Assembly (NCBI GenBank): GCA_951406725.2
Contig: OX597815.1
Span: 189,906,001-189,970,000, forward strand
Direction: 5' to 3'
DNA length: 64,000 nucleotides
Source of the DNA: Octopus vulgaris
Taxonomy: Eukaryota
In this document: positions 12,212 to 24,285 of the stretch, piece after piece
Layout: every line of letters starts with the position of its first letter
Position numbering within the stretch: the stretch's first letter is position 1
Position numbers and translations under genes: made by a program
The notes under the pieces: generated by a model
Told to the model about the DNA's origin: nothing
The model's database searches: none
What the model saw: only the letters and a program-made list of their open reading frames with translations

Positions 12212-13105
12212 CAGGGGTTCTCAACCATTTTTTTATCTATGGACCCCTTCAATTACTATTTTTTTTCTGGTGGACTCCCATAGCCATTTGATGTTTAAAA
12301 ATAGTTTTATAGAAACTGGGATGAGGTGGTCAAGCATGACCTTCGAACGTTGGACCTCACAGAGGCAATGCCAAAAGACCGAGACCTCTGGAGATATGCT
12401 GTGACTGCGAAGACCCGACAAATGAAGTGAGTTCATGGCTCGCAGGACAGCCGGCTGTGCTGACCTTGGATTGTAGAGTGACCTGCTGTGCTTGAGGAGA
12501 CCTATTGAGTCAAGTACATCAACATCAAAATAAGAATCAAATGGAAATTGTAGTTGGGATGCCTGTGCCAGTGGTACATAAAAATCACCATCTGAACGTG
12601 GCAGATGCCAGCGCTGCCTTAACTGGCATCCATGCCAATGGTACGTAAAAAGCACCAACTGAGTATGGACATTGCCAGCCTCCTCTGGCTCCTGTGCTGG
12701 TGGCACGTAAAAAGCACCCACTACATTCATGGAGTGGTTGGTGTTAGGAAGGGCATCCAGTTGTAGAAACACTGCCTGATCAGACTGGAGCCTGGTGCAG
12801 CCTACTGGCTTGCCAGTCTTCAGTCAAACTGTCCAACACATGCTAGCATGGAAAACGGACGTTAAACGACGACGATGATGATAATGTCTTTTAAAATTCC
12901 TAGTTTGTTTTTCACACATTTACTCATGTAGGTTGAACCATATAAAATGTTAGAGGAAGAAACCTAGCTGTTTCTTGCAACACATACCAAGATATACATC
13001 TAAAACCAAATTTTTTGAGGATCCCTAATTTTCTATTTTGTTACATGGACCCCCAAAAATCTTATATGGACCTTCAGGGGCCATGTGGACCCTTGAGAAA
13101 CACTG
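12212..13105. mobile_element. hAT-like MITE with nested RTE 3' end
   Basis: Termini CAGGGGTTCTCAA / TTGAGAAACACTG and an imperfect 8-bp TSD (ACTTACAT/GCTTACAG). Confidence 0.65.
12318..12883 (+). mobile_element. RTE LINE 3' end (ORF C-terminus, UTR, GAT tail)
   Basis: WDEVVKHDLRTLDLTEAMPKDRDLWRYAV...* is a typical RTE C-terminus and is followed by the abundant UTR family. Confidence 0.85.
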
Positions 13106-13321
13106 GCTTACAGAGTTTAAACATCACGAAGAAGAATGATAAATACGGTCCCTTATGGGTGGAATGTCATTCAACATGATGTGTTGCATCCATTTTGCAG
13201 TCTGGGTCTCATCAGGTGCATCCACACATTATGTTGTGTCTCGCTAAAGGTCCTGAGTTTTGGTTGTCATGTCGTTATGTGCCCGTCTGGTTAGCGACTG
13301 AAACTTTACAACAATTCTCAA

Positions 13322-13798
13322 TCAACCCTTTCGTTACTGTATTTTTTTGAGATGCTCTGTGTTTCTTTCAATTAATTTTAAATATAACAAAGAATTTAGT
13401 AAAATAACTTAGCCACCATTCAGCTAGTATTAGGAACATAAATTGTGACTAAGGTTTGGTGGAAGATTTTTATTCAAAACTTATGAAAATAAGACATTTG
13501 TACCCAGAGCCAGAGTTGGTTTCAGCCAGGTTGGTAACCCAAGGGTTAGGATTGTTTCTCTATTATATATTTTAACCCCTTTGTTACCATATTTCTGTTG
13601 AGATGCTGTGTTTCTTTCAATTAATTTTAAATATAACAAAGAATTTAGTAAAATAATTTAGCCACCATTCAGCTAGTATTAGGAACATAAATTGTGACTA
13701 AGGCTTGATAGGAGATTTTAATTCAAAACTTATGAAAATAAGACATTTGTACCCAGAGCCAGAGCTGGTTTCAGCGGGGTTGGTATCAAAAGGGTTAA
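13322..13798. mobile_element. Two tandem piggyBac-type MITEs
   Basis: Two ~227-bp copies with CCCTT/AAGGG termini and TTAA-like flanks, about 22 bp apart. Confidence 0.8.
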
Positions 13799-15077
13799 AT
13801 TAGCTTTCTATAATAATTGCAAACATTTGTAAAATATAGACAAATAACTGCTTATAAAAAAGAAAAAATTGGTAGGGGAAGTGAACGGATGGGCAGGGAT
13901 GGATTGAGTCACATTGGGTTTAAGACAAAAGAATGGTACTAGAAAAGAGAAGGGGGCAGATATATGCAGGCTAGAATGTCTAGGGGCTGAAAGGTTGTTG
14001 AGCTAGCTATCATAGGTCAGGATGCATATACATGCATTCACATACACATGCTCATACATACACTCACACAAGGGATATTGGTCCACCTGCCCTTATTGTC
14101 AGGTTTGTATAATTCATGTTTGTATAACCCATGATTGGAAGACAATCTTACCAGAAGTCTGTCATTGCAGTCACCTCAAAACTAGGGCAGCTCGCAGACA
14201 ATCTGACTCGCTTCACATTTATATTACTGAAGGTGAATCACATACCCCTACACATATATATACATACCCACATGCATACATACACTCACACATACATATG
14301 TACATATACATGCACTTTTTTATATGTATATATTTACACATACATATACATACCTGCTCCTACCTAATACATATATTTTTATAAACACCCATGTACACCC
14401 ACCCACACACACACAGGTGTATGCATATACCCATACACATATATATTTATACACACACACATATATACACATGCATATATATATATATATATATCTGCAT
14501 ATACACATAATAGAAAAATGTTACAAAATAGAAGCTACATGTGGAAATGTAAGGGGAATGTATATATATTCATACACATGCATGTGCAATCCACATACAT
14601 GCACATACATGTATGTAGGCATACACCCACACATAAACGCCCCACTCTCCCCACACATGTATACATATATCTACACACGCCCACCCACACACAAATATAC
14701 TTGCACACATACACATTCCTGCATCACGTTAGTTTTTCAAGCATTAACTAATTGTTGGTATATAATATCATTATTATTATTATTATTATTATTAATAAGT
14801 AGCTGCATTGTAAGGTTACATATCTGAACTTATATGAACATCAATATTTGCTCACAAGTGCAAAAATATAGAAAAACATATTTTTGCTTCTCTACATAAT
14901 CCATCTGTTCTGTTAGTTTAGAGGCTAATCTCTGATACCTTTTAGTTTACATACTTTAGTGACTCACAGTTGTGTTCCAGAGGTATCATGTAGGAACGTT
15001 GCTACAGGTCACTCAGCTATAGAAATGAGTTGCGACATCACTAGTGCCAAGCTGTATCGACCTTTGCCTTTCGCCAC

Positions 15078-15311
15078 CAGCGTGGTGGTATCTCTTAGAT
15101 ACCCTAAATTATAATTTTAATAATAATTATTACCTTTGAAGGTTTTTATTCCCATGCTGGCCACCTGATATGATTGGTATTTAAATAACGATCTTATCCT
15201 TATTTATATAAATTTATATATTTACTTCGTCATTATATTCACTGTGGTGGTATTTTGATCATATCACACCAGGAGTTTTAGGCAGACAATTTAAACTGGT
15301 CGTGTGCATAC

Positions 15312-15369
<58 letters not shown>

Positions 15370-15400
15370 ACGTTCGTATATGTAAGTATATCATATGTTG

Positions 15401-15459
<59 letters not shown>

Positions 15460-15690
15460 TATTTGTATTTATGTGCTATCTGAGTATATTCCACTGATGA
15501 AGGCAAAGCATTTCTTATGCAGAGCCAGAAATCCGGGATCTGGAATTATCCAGTATTTTTTTGTTTTGCTAGTTCATTTTGTCTCTTCTCTCCTGGTGCT
15601 GTATGACCATTTAATGTTGTTTTAGAGTCAAGTTTTGGCTGCTATTTCCAGCGTGATTGTATCTCTTAGATACCCTAAATTATAATTTTA
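15078..15690 (+). mobile_element. Penelope-like/retrozyme-like element with partial direct repeat
   Basis: CCAGCGTG..GTATCTCTTAGATACCCTAAATTATAATTTTA occurs at about 15078-15119 and 15648-15690. It encloses a hammerhead and ends in (TA)n. Confidence 0.6.
15488..15546 (+). ncRNA. Type-I hammerhead ribozyme (near-canonical)
   Basis: ATTCCA-CTGATGA-aGGC.GCAT..ATGC.GCCa-GAAA-TCCGGGA-TC-TGGAAT: 6-bp stem I, intact core, nested stem II, pseudo-palindromic stem III, AUC cleavage triplet. Confidence 0.8.
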
Positions 15691-16229
15691 TATACATACA
15701 TATATATATATATACACACATACACACACACATATATTTGAGTTGTGATATGCCATTTAATTTAGATATATCATATAAAACACTTCACAAAAAGAGTTAC
15801 ATTTTTGTTGTTCGTTAGGCTTCTAAGTAAGTTCAGATCACACTGACAGATGATTCACAATTATAACGAGGGATTATTCAACCCAGGACTTGAAGTGCCA
15901 TGGAAACCAGTATCCATAAGAATCTGATAGGCTAATTCCTCTTCAAAAAAGAACAAAAACACCTCACTATCATCTTGAATTTTGAAGGGACTTCCACTCA
16001 ATTCCAGCGCCTGAAAGCCTTTTTGTTCTACCAGCTAAAACTCTTTTGAATGCCCAGCTATTAATCAAGTTATGTTAGCTTTGACCAACCTGTATTCTTG
16101 TATAATCTGGAACTACATTTCCCAATATGTAAAACAAGAGGATATGATTTGAGGGAGATTTTCACATATTTTTAGTAGGCTGAGCGCCCTTTTATTGGTT
16201 TCATATTGGCTTTTCTTTAGGACATGTTT

Positions 16230-16880
16230 TGACATATTGTGGTATTAAATTTCTTCATTTACTACGAATTGTCGCATAGTAATAAATCAAAGAATAATGG
16301 AATCACTTCCCGCACATATAAAGAGAAGATGAACTCCTAAAGCTAAATCTAACCTTCTGCAAGGTAGAATACTTTTCTAAAAACATTATGACATATCCAT
16401 TATTGACACTGTTATCCCAACTACAATAATTTGATTACCTCTACGACAATAGCCTGCAGAGATTCTAGCTTATTTTCCTTTATTGCATGATTCTATTTCC
16501 AGGTAGCAATCAGAATGCATTCATAGTTTTAATGGGTTATGGAAAAATATATGGGAATCGAATTGAATTTAATTCAATTTGAAAGGGAAACGATAGTGTA
16601 TTGCCTTGGCATCACATGCTTCGGTAAATATATAATGGGTTCAGATTTAGAAATGAAATATTCTGACTGTTTATTTACCTTTTTTATTTTTATTTATTTA
16701 TCTTATATATTGCAGGTTTGTGAACAATAGAGTCGTTAGTGACAAGTTTGCAATGCATCAGTCTACAATCTTTGCTCCATTTCTGACAGCAAGAGTGACA
16801 GGGGAGCACGACCGGATTTTCACTAATATTTATAATCTTCAAATCTTCACCAATATACATTGGCAAAAGACTTACAATAC
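16230..16880 (-). pseudogene. Possible decayed LRR/7TM (GRL101-like GPCR) coding relic
   Basis: LKIINISENPV (LRR-like, 16810-16842), GNQIIVV (TM1-like, about 16420-16439) and DLALGVHLLFICAGSD (TM2-like, 16302-16349), in different frames with stops. Confidence 0.3.
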
Positions 16881-16895
16881 GTGTAAACAGATGTG

Positions 16896-16934
<39 letters not shown>

Positions 16935-18009
16935 CAAATAAGAAAATGGAGAAACAAATTCAGTTTGTTCATCAACTTACGGATATTATAATGTTAGATT
17001 ACGTGCGGATGGCACGTAAAAAGCACCCACTACACTCACGGAGTGGTTGGCGTTAGGAAGGGCATCCAGCCATAGAAACACTGCCAGATTTGACTGGGCT
17101 TGATGAAGCCTTCTGGCTTCACAGACCCCAGTAGAACCGTCCAACCCATGCTAGCATGGAAAACGGACGTTAAACGATGATGATGATGATGATGATTTAC
17201 AAATGAGAATATCAAAAGCATACAAAATATTATATAAATCAATAGATAATATATTATAATACAAATACAGTCTTTAAAAGTCATATTATAAATTATTGCC
17301 CGTAGTGGGTTACACCCATAACCCCTATCTTACTTTATACATATATATATATATATATCTTGTATAAACTTTCGTGGGTAAGACTGGAACAATGCAAAAT
17401 ATGGAACAATGCTGGAACAATGCAAAATAAATCAAAGGTAAATCACAAGAAAACAGGCAAATGAATTAATGATTTACCTGATTTCTTGTGATCTATCTTG
17501 GATTCCTTTGACATAGTTCCAGCCTTGCCCACAAGTTTTATATAATTCATTCCACACAATGCTTCATACTAACTATTCCATATATATATAATCAAAATAA
17601 GCAACAGGATATCAAGTAGTGATGCAGTGTGACCAGTGGCTCCATTTAATTGAACAATGTAATCATTACATCAATTTAAATGCAGTGCCATCTTCAGCTG
17701 CATAAATAAATAATGGAATTTTAACAAGTAGGATTTTTAACATTAATATGATAAATATAAATTAATATAATTAATAAAAATAACATTAATATAATTTGTC
17801 TTAAACATTTTAACAGAGCAAGAATATGGACGAAATTCATGTTGTCACTATTGTAGCTATATATATATATATATATATTGTTGTTGTGACCCCTTTGATC
17901 ATGAATGACCATGAGATTGCACCGTGAAAGACCAGCAGTCACCCATGCATACCAGCCACCCCTCTCCATGCCGGCGATGTTTTCCATGGGAAAGGCAAAG
18001 GCCAATACA

Positions 18010-18345
18010 GCTTGGCACCAGTGACATAGCAGCTCATATATTAATGTGCAGGAGGCTGAGTACTCCACAGACACGTATACCCTTAATGTAGTTCTCAGGG
18101 AAATTCAGCATGGCACAGAGTATGACAAGGCTGGCCCTTTGAAATACAGGTACAACAAAACACGAAAAAAGAGTGAGGGAAAGCTGTGGTGAAAGAGTAC
18201 AGCAGGATTCACCACCACCCACTACTGGAGCCTCATGGAGCTTTAGGTGTTTTCGCTCGATAAACACTCACAATGCCCATTTTCAGAATTGAAACCATGA
18301 TCCTACAACTGCGAGTCTGCTGCCCTAACCACTGGCCATTGCGCC
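18010..18345 (-). mobile_element. tRNA-derived SINE (third family)
   Basis: Head GGCGCAATGGCCAGTGGTTAGGGCAGC. Full + copy at 31372-31750 and related copy at 56265-56575(-). Confidence 0.75.
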
Positions 18346-18391
18346 TCTACATATATATATATATATATATATACATACACAACTATTGTAG

Positions 18392-18434
<43 letters not shown>

Positions 18435-18654
18435 CACATATATACATACATATGTATATGTACATACTTACATCTATAAGTATATATATCATCATCATCA
18501 TCATTTAACGTCTGCTTTCCATGCTAGCATGGGTTGGACGGTTCAACTGGGGTCTGGGGAGCCCGAAGGCTGCACCAGGCCAGTCAGATCTGGCAGTGTT
18601 TCTACAGCTGGATGCCCTTCCTAACGCCAACCACTCCAAGAGTGTAGTGGGTGA

Positions 18655-19090
18655 TTTTATGTGCCACCGACACAGGTGCCAGACGAGGCTGGCGAACGGC
18701 CACGCTCGGATGGTGTTTTTATGTGCCACCGACACAGGTGCCAGACGAAGCTGGCGAACGGCCACGCTCGGATGGTGTTTTTATGTGCCACCGACACAGG
18801 TGCCAGACGAAGCTGGCGAACGGCCATGCTCGGATGGTGTTTTTATGTGCCACCGACACAGGTGCCAGACAAGGCTAGCAGACGACCACGCTCGGATGGT
18901 GTTTTTATGTGCCACCGACACAGGTGCCAGACGAAGCTGGCGAACGGCCATGCTCGGATGGTGTTTTTATGTGCCACCGACACAGGTGCCAGACAAGGCT
19001 AGCAGACGACCACACTCGGATGGTGTTTTTTTATGTGCCACCGACACAGGAGCCAGATTAGGCTGGCGATCGGCCACGATTGGATGGTGA
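18655..19090 (-). repeat. 62-bp tandem expansion (about 7 units) inside an RTE 3' UTR
   Basis: Unit TTTTATGTGCCACCGACACAGGTGCCAGACGAAGCTGGCGAACGGCCACGCTCGGATGGTG repeats with period 62. Confidence 0.9.
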
Positions 19091-20616
19091 TTGTTACGTG
19101 CCCACAGCATGGAGGCCAGTCGGTGCGGTACTGGCTACGGCCACGTTCGGATGGTTTTCTTGTGTGTCACCGGCACTGGTATCACAAGATACAAATTCCA
19201 TTGATGTTCATCTATTTTGATTTTGTTTGATTTTTGATTTTATGCATATATATATATGCATATTGGGCACAGGGTATCAAGAAACGTGTACAACAAAATG
19301 TACGAGTACATGGAATATGAGCTACTTTTTTATTAACAACGAAAGACATAAATGGAAAACAAGAGAAACAACATAAAGAACGACCCTTCGTTGGTTGTTG
19401 GCTGTTTTTCTAGTCTCGTATTTTGAGCATTTAACAATATATGCTTTCGATAAAATAGTTGCTCCCGCAAAGCAAATTAAATAAAATTTGGGATTTTGCA
19501 GAGGGTCAAAATCGGTAACACAAACAGGACAGTGAAAACAAACAGGAAGGGCTGCTAAGCCTAAACGAGGTTGTGGTGGCAAACGCATAAATCAGGCTTG
19601 GACAGGAGACAGACAAGAACACGTCTTCCACACAGCCACACTTTTATACAAGAGGAAGATATGGTAGGCCTATAGAGACATTTAATCTATTTCTTCATTA
19701 TCACTCTTTTGTTACTTTTCTTCAGCTTATCTAAATATATTAATTTACAGGGTATTTTTCCCTGATTTATGATATTCCTTGTAATAATTGTAATAATTTC
19801 ATACTCAAGCACCATGTAATTTGAAGAAAATGGTTTTGTTAATTTAATTAAAAGTACATTACAGCTAATAAATATAGAATTTATGAACTTCCTATGAAGA
19901 CAAAAATTGATTATTGATATCAATGTAAATATCTTAAACCCTGGTGACTACTGTTTTTGTAGTAATTTTCTTCAAGAAATTAATGTAAATATACTTTATA
20001 ACTGGAAAACTATTTGTTCTCATTGAAAATCTATAGATCTATATATCGGTTGATTAATTTCTGTATTAATCTATATCACTAGTTGAAGTCTAAATAGATT
20101 ATATGTGTGTTAAAGAAAGCTTATATGTGTTCAGAGCTGTGGTTCTCATCACAACCATGTTTTGCCTAGGAACTGCTTTGATTCCAATTTCCCTTTACTG
20201 ACCCTCATAAACATTTCATGCTTAAAAAATCTTGTGTTTTTATAATTACAAGGGTGTACTGCAAATTTCCTGGGTTTGGGTAAAAGAAAATACAGGAAGA
20301 TCAGTTAATTATGATTTTATTCAACATATACCCCTTTCAGATTCATACACTTATTGCAGCAGCCCTTCAGTTTTTCTAAGCCCCGTAAAAGAACTCAGAA
20401 GGTGGGGCCACCAACCAGGCCCCTTTGCAATACCCTTAAAGTCAGGAACTTTTCAGCACCCCCTTATTAGGAATTGTATTTAAAAATTGTTAATCTATTT
20501 TGTGTTTTGCAGAAATATAACTAGTTTATTGTACATACATTTTAATAACCAACTCTTACATGGACCCCCAGAGACCACAGGGACCCCAGTTGAGGATCAT
20601 AGGTTTAGGGTATTAT

Positions 20617-20842
20617 GAAACAACAGTAGCCACCAGAGAAATCACATTTGTGAAAAAATACATTTGAAGAGCATTCCAGCTTAACTTTGAATGAGTATTC
20701 TGTTGCGTCTGGGGAGGGTCATTTTCTTTTTGTGCCTTATAATTTAACACACTCACCGGTAAAATTTCCACTTATTTCTTATTTTTATTTTCCTAAAATT
20801 TTCGTTGCATCTTGCAACCTTTTCAATAGTCTTGACTCTTGA
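20617..20842 (-). mobile_element. Penelope-like repeat carrying U3:A8 hammerhead-like fold
   Basis: Minus 20793-20829: cta-TTGAAAA-g-GTTGC-aagat-GCAAC-GAAA-ATT-T-tag. Inverted copy at 23817-24036. Confidence 0.6.
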
Positions 20843-20899
20843 ATGAGCAGACATTATCAAATGAATTCTAGCCATAACTATTTTGTATTTTTAGTTATT

Positions 20900-21560
20900 T
20901 TATTGACTGAGGAGAGCGAAAAGCTTGGATTGATGATTAACTGCCAGAAAACCTTCCCAATGGTCTGTACCAAGAAGGCACAGGTACCTACATGTTGCTT
21001 GATGGTAAATGGCACTGGGATGGAGCAGAAGGACAGTTTCATATATCTGGGAAGTTGGATAACATCAGATGGAAGGTCAGATAGAGACATTGAATGCAGA
21101 ATTGGATTAGCAAAGATGACTTTTATGGATATGAAGAGCATTTTTGTGCAAAGAGAATTGGAATGGAAGTCAAGAAAAGACTAGTGAAGTGCTACATCTG
21201 GTTGGTGCTAACGTATGGGTGTGAGTCTTGGAGAAGAGACTCAGAGCTGCAGAAATGTGGTTTTATAGAAAAATGATTAGAATCTCGTGAGTACAGAGGG
21301 TGACGAATGTGGAAGTGTTGGAGAAGATGAAAGTGAAGAGACAGTCTATGGATACGATCAGAGAGAGTCAGTGGAGATTTGATGGTCATTTTCTCAGAGA
21401 GGATAACAGAACGGAGTGTTACATGGCGGAGATTGAGCTGGTGGAGAGGAGGGCGAGAGGAAGACAGAGAATGAAGTTGTTTGACTGGATGAAGAAGAGA
21501 ACGAACATGCAGAGTGAGAAAGACCTGGATGATGTTGTGAGAGACAGAAATAAATAGAAG
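20900..21560 (+). mobile_element. Decayed RTE/BovB-like LINE RT C-terminal fragment
   Basis: GLMINCQKT..FIYLGSWITSDG..IECRIGLAK..LTYGCESW..RARGRQRMK..DVVRDR, followed by a (GAG/GAA)n tail. Confidence 0.85.
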
Positions 21561-22017
21561 AGGAACAAGCCATGATTTATCAAAGGCATGAATGCACCAT
21601 GAAGCAAGAGGAGGAGGAGATGAAGGAGGAGGAGGAGACGAAGGAGGAGGAGGAGGAGGAGAAGAAGAAGAAGAAGAAGAATATATTTTATCCAATATTA
21701 TCCAATGTGTCCCTTATTTTAATGGTACAGGTAGAATATAATTTGAAGGAGATTTCATTGCCATTTCTAGAAGACTAAGCAACCACGAAGAGGTACCTCT
21801 GTTAGTTTGTTTACAATGCAGTTGACTTATATGTCGTTCAACTTAACTCAAGGCAATCTGACTCTCTTCCATTTTGTAAAAGATGAAAATGTAATTGCAA
21901 AAGGAATTACTGTTTCATCTCCAGATGTTTAAATCTGCTTTTCTTTCCAGGAATTTGTCAGATATAATTTGCTGGATAGTTAGTTTGATTTCTCTGAAAA
22001 TACAACAGCAGCAGCAA

Positions 22018-22123
22018 CATCATCATCATCATCATCATCACCATCATTATCATCACCACCATCATCACCACCACCATCATCATCATCATCATCACCATTA
22101 TCATCATCACCACCACCACCATC

Positions 22124-22155
<32 letters not shown>

Positions 22156-22182
22156 CATCACCATCATCATCATCACCACCAA

Positions 22183-22214
<32 letters not shown>

Positions 22215-22665
22215 ACACCACCATCATCATCACCACCATCATCATCACCAACACTATCATCATCATCACCACCATCATCACCACCACCATCATCATCACC
22301 ATCATCATCATCACCACCATCATCATCACCACCATCATCATCGTCGTCGTCACCATCATCATCACCATCACCATCATCACCATTATCATCATCATCACCA
22401 CCATCATCATCATCACCACCATCATCACCACCACCATCACCACCACCATCATCACCATCACCATCATCATCACCACCATCATCATCATCACCACCATCAT
22501 CACCCCCACCACCATCATCATCACCATCATCACCACCATCATCATCATCACCACCATAATCACCATCATCGTAGTCATCATCATCATCACCATTATCATC
22601 ATCATCACCACCATAATCACCATCACCATCGTCGTCGTCATCATCATCATCACCATTATCATCAT
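22018..22665. repeat. (CAT/CAC)n trinucleotide array; expanded tail of an RTE-type 3' end at 22670-22820(-)
   Basis: Abuts the reverse complement of GCATGGAAAGCAGACATAAAAC. Confidence 0.9.
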
Positions 22666-23115
22666 TGTCGTTTTATGTCTGCTTTCCATGCTTGTGTGGG
22701 CTGAATTGCTTGACTGACTGAATCTAACAAGCTGGAGGGTCACATCTTGATGAAATCTCTCAGCTTTCACATGGCTTCTGCAGCAGGTTACTCCTCCTAA
22801 TGCCAACCACTTTACAGAGTGCTTTATTTATTTATTCATTTACTTATCTTTTGGCACCATCTCAGTTGAGGTCACCTTGAAAGTCACAGGAGTCATCAGG
22901 ATCCCTCTTGACTGAGAGGCAGAACAGAAAATAGGAGATAGATTTATGTAAAGTGTTGAAAGGTATATGCGGGGGAGTAAAAAGAATAGCTTTATTTCTG
23001 TGGAAAAGATTCAATGCTACCCTGCATTATATATATAGGTGAGTGGCATGGATGGAGTGGTGCCAGAAAAAAGTGATAAAAATAGTGGTGACAAGATGCC
23101 AGAGCATATCCTCAA

Positions 23116-23784
23116 GGTACCATATCCAAGAAGGTAAATAGAGGAGAATGTGGAGAGAGAAAGGTCAGTCAGAATGGGTAACTGTTGCAAAAGTGAGTGA
23201 TAGGGTGGTGGGAGTGGTGGATTGAAATAGGGATGGAGGTCGTCAGAGATTGAGAAGCAGTGGGTGCAGTGAATAGTGAACAAGGAGAGGGGTGGTTGAT
23301 GGTAAATATGAGGGGGAGGATGATGGCAAGAAAGCAGTAGGGCGGCGAGCTGGCAGAATCATTAACACGCCAGGTGAAATGCTTAGCGGTATTTCGTCTG
23401 CCGCTACGTTCTCAGTTCAAATTCCACCGAGGTCGACTTTTCCTTTCATCCTTTCGGGGTCGATTAAATAACTACCAGTTACGCACTTGGGTCAATATAA
23501 TCGACTTAATCCATTTGTCTGTCCTTGTTTGTCCCTTCTGGGTTTAGCCCCTTGTGGGTAGTAAAGAAATAGGTACTATATCCAAGAAGGTAAATAGAGG
23601 AAAATGTGGAAAGAGAATGGTCAGTCAGAATGGGTAACCGTTTCAAAAGTGAGTGATAGGATGGTGGGAGTGGTGGATTGAAATAGGGATGGAGTTTGTC
23701 AAGCAGTGGGTACAGTTAAATAGTGAACAAGGATAGGAGTGGTTGATGGTAAATATGATGGGGAGGATGATAGCAAGAAAGCAG
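23116..23784 (+). mobile_element. Meta-like SINE (23341-23571) flanked by a ~220-bp direct duplication
   Basis: 23116-23337 is repeated at 23572-23784, immediately either side of the SINE. Confidence 0.85.
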
Positions 23785-24044
23785 AACGGATGTCAAAAGG
23801 TAAAGGCTCAGAAGATTCAAGACTATTGAAAAGGTTGCCAAGATGCAACAAAACTTTTAGGAAAATAAAAATAAAAAGTAAGTGGAAATTTTACTGTTGA
23901 GTGTGTTAAATTATAAGGCACAAAAAGAAAATGACTCTCCCCAGACACAACAGAATACTCATTCAAAGTTAAGCTGGAATGTTCATCAAATGTATTTTTT
24001 CACAAATGGGATTTCTGTGGTGACTACTGTTGTTTCCTACCACA

Positions 24045-24285
24045 GGCAGATGGCGTAGTGGTTAAGAGCGCGGGCTTCTAACTGCAAGATTTCGAGTTCG
24101 ATTCCAAGCAGTGACCTGAACAATGATAATAATAATAACATCGAAAAATACCTTAGGAATGAGAACCCAGGTTCAAAATTTCCCCAAGACACCTGAAGAA
24201 GGCTGGAGGGTATATATCAGCCAAAATGTTGTGTTAACAACAAACAAGATGAGGACAAAAAAATATCCATTGAATGTAAATAATA
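24045..24285 (+). mobile_element. tRNA-headed SINE with hammerhead-bearing body
   Basis: A-box TGGCGTAGTGG, B-box GAGTTCGATTCC, then acac-CTGAAGA-aGGCTG..CAGCC-AAAA-TG-TT-gtgt at 24189-24234. A headless second copy lies at about 53180-53448(-). Confidence 0.75.

Noticed and set aside
16716-16895. Plus-strand exon after a TGCAG acceptor (about 60 open codons)
   Set aside because: No recognisable domain and no partner exon. It conflicts with the weak minus-strand LRR reading.
21895-22806. Poly-His / poly-Met ORFs (also 27175, 31904, 41457, 43634)
   Set aside because: Translations of trinucleotide microsatellites, several being retroelement tails. Open in multiple frames on both strands with no splice or domain support.
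24045-24115. Functional tRNA gene
   Set aside because: The acceptor stem does not close and it runs into a repeat body, so it is treated as a SINE head.
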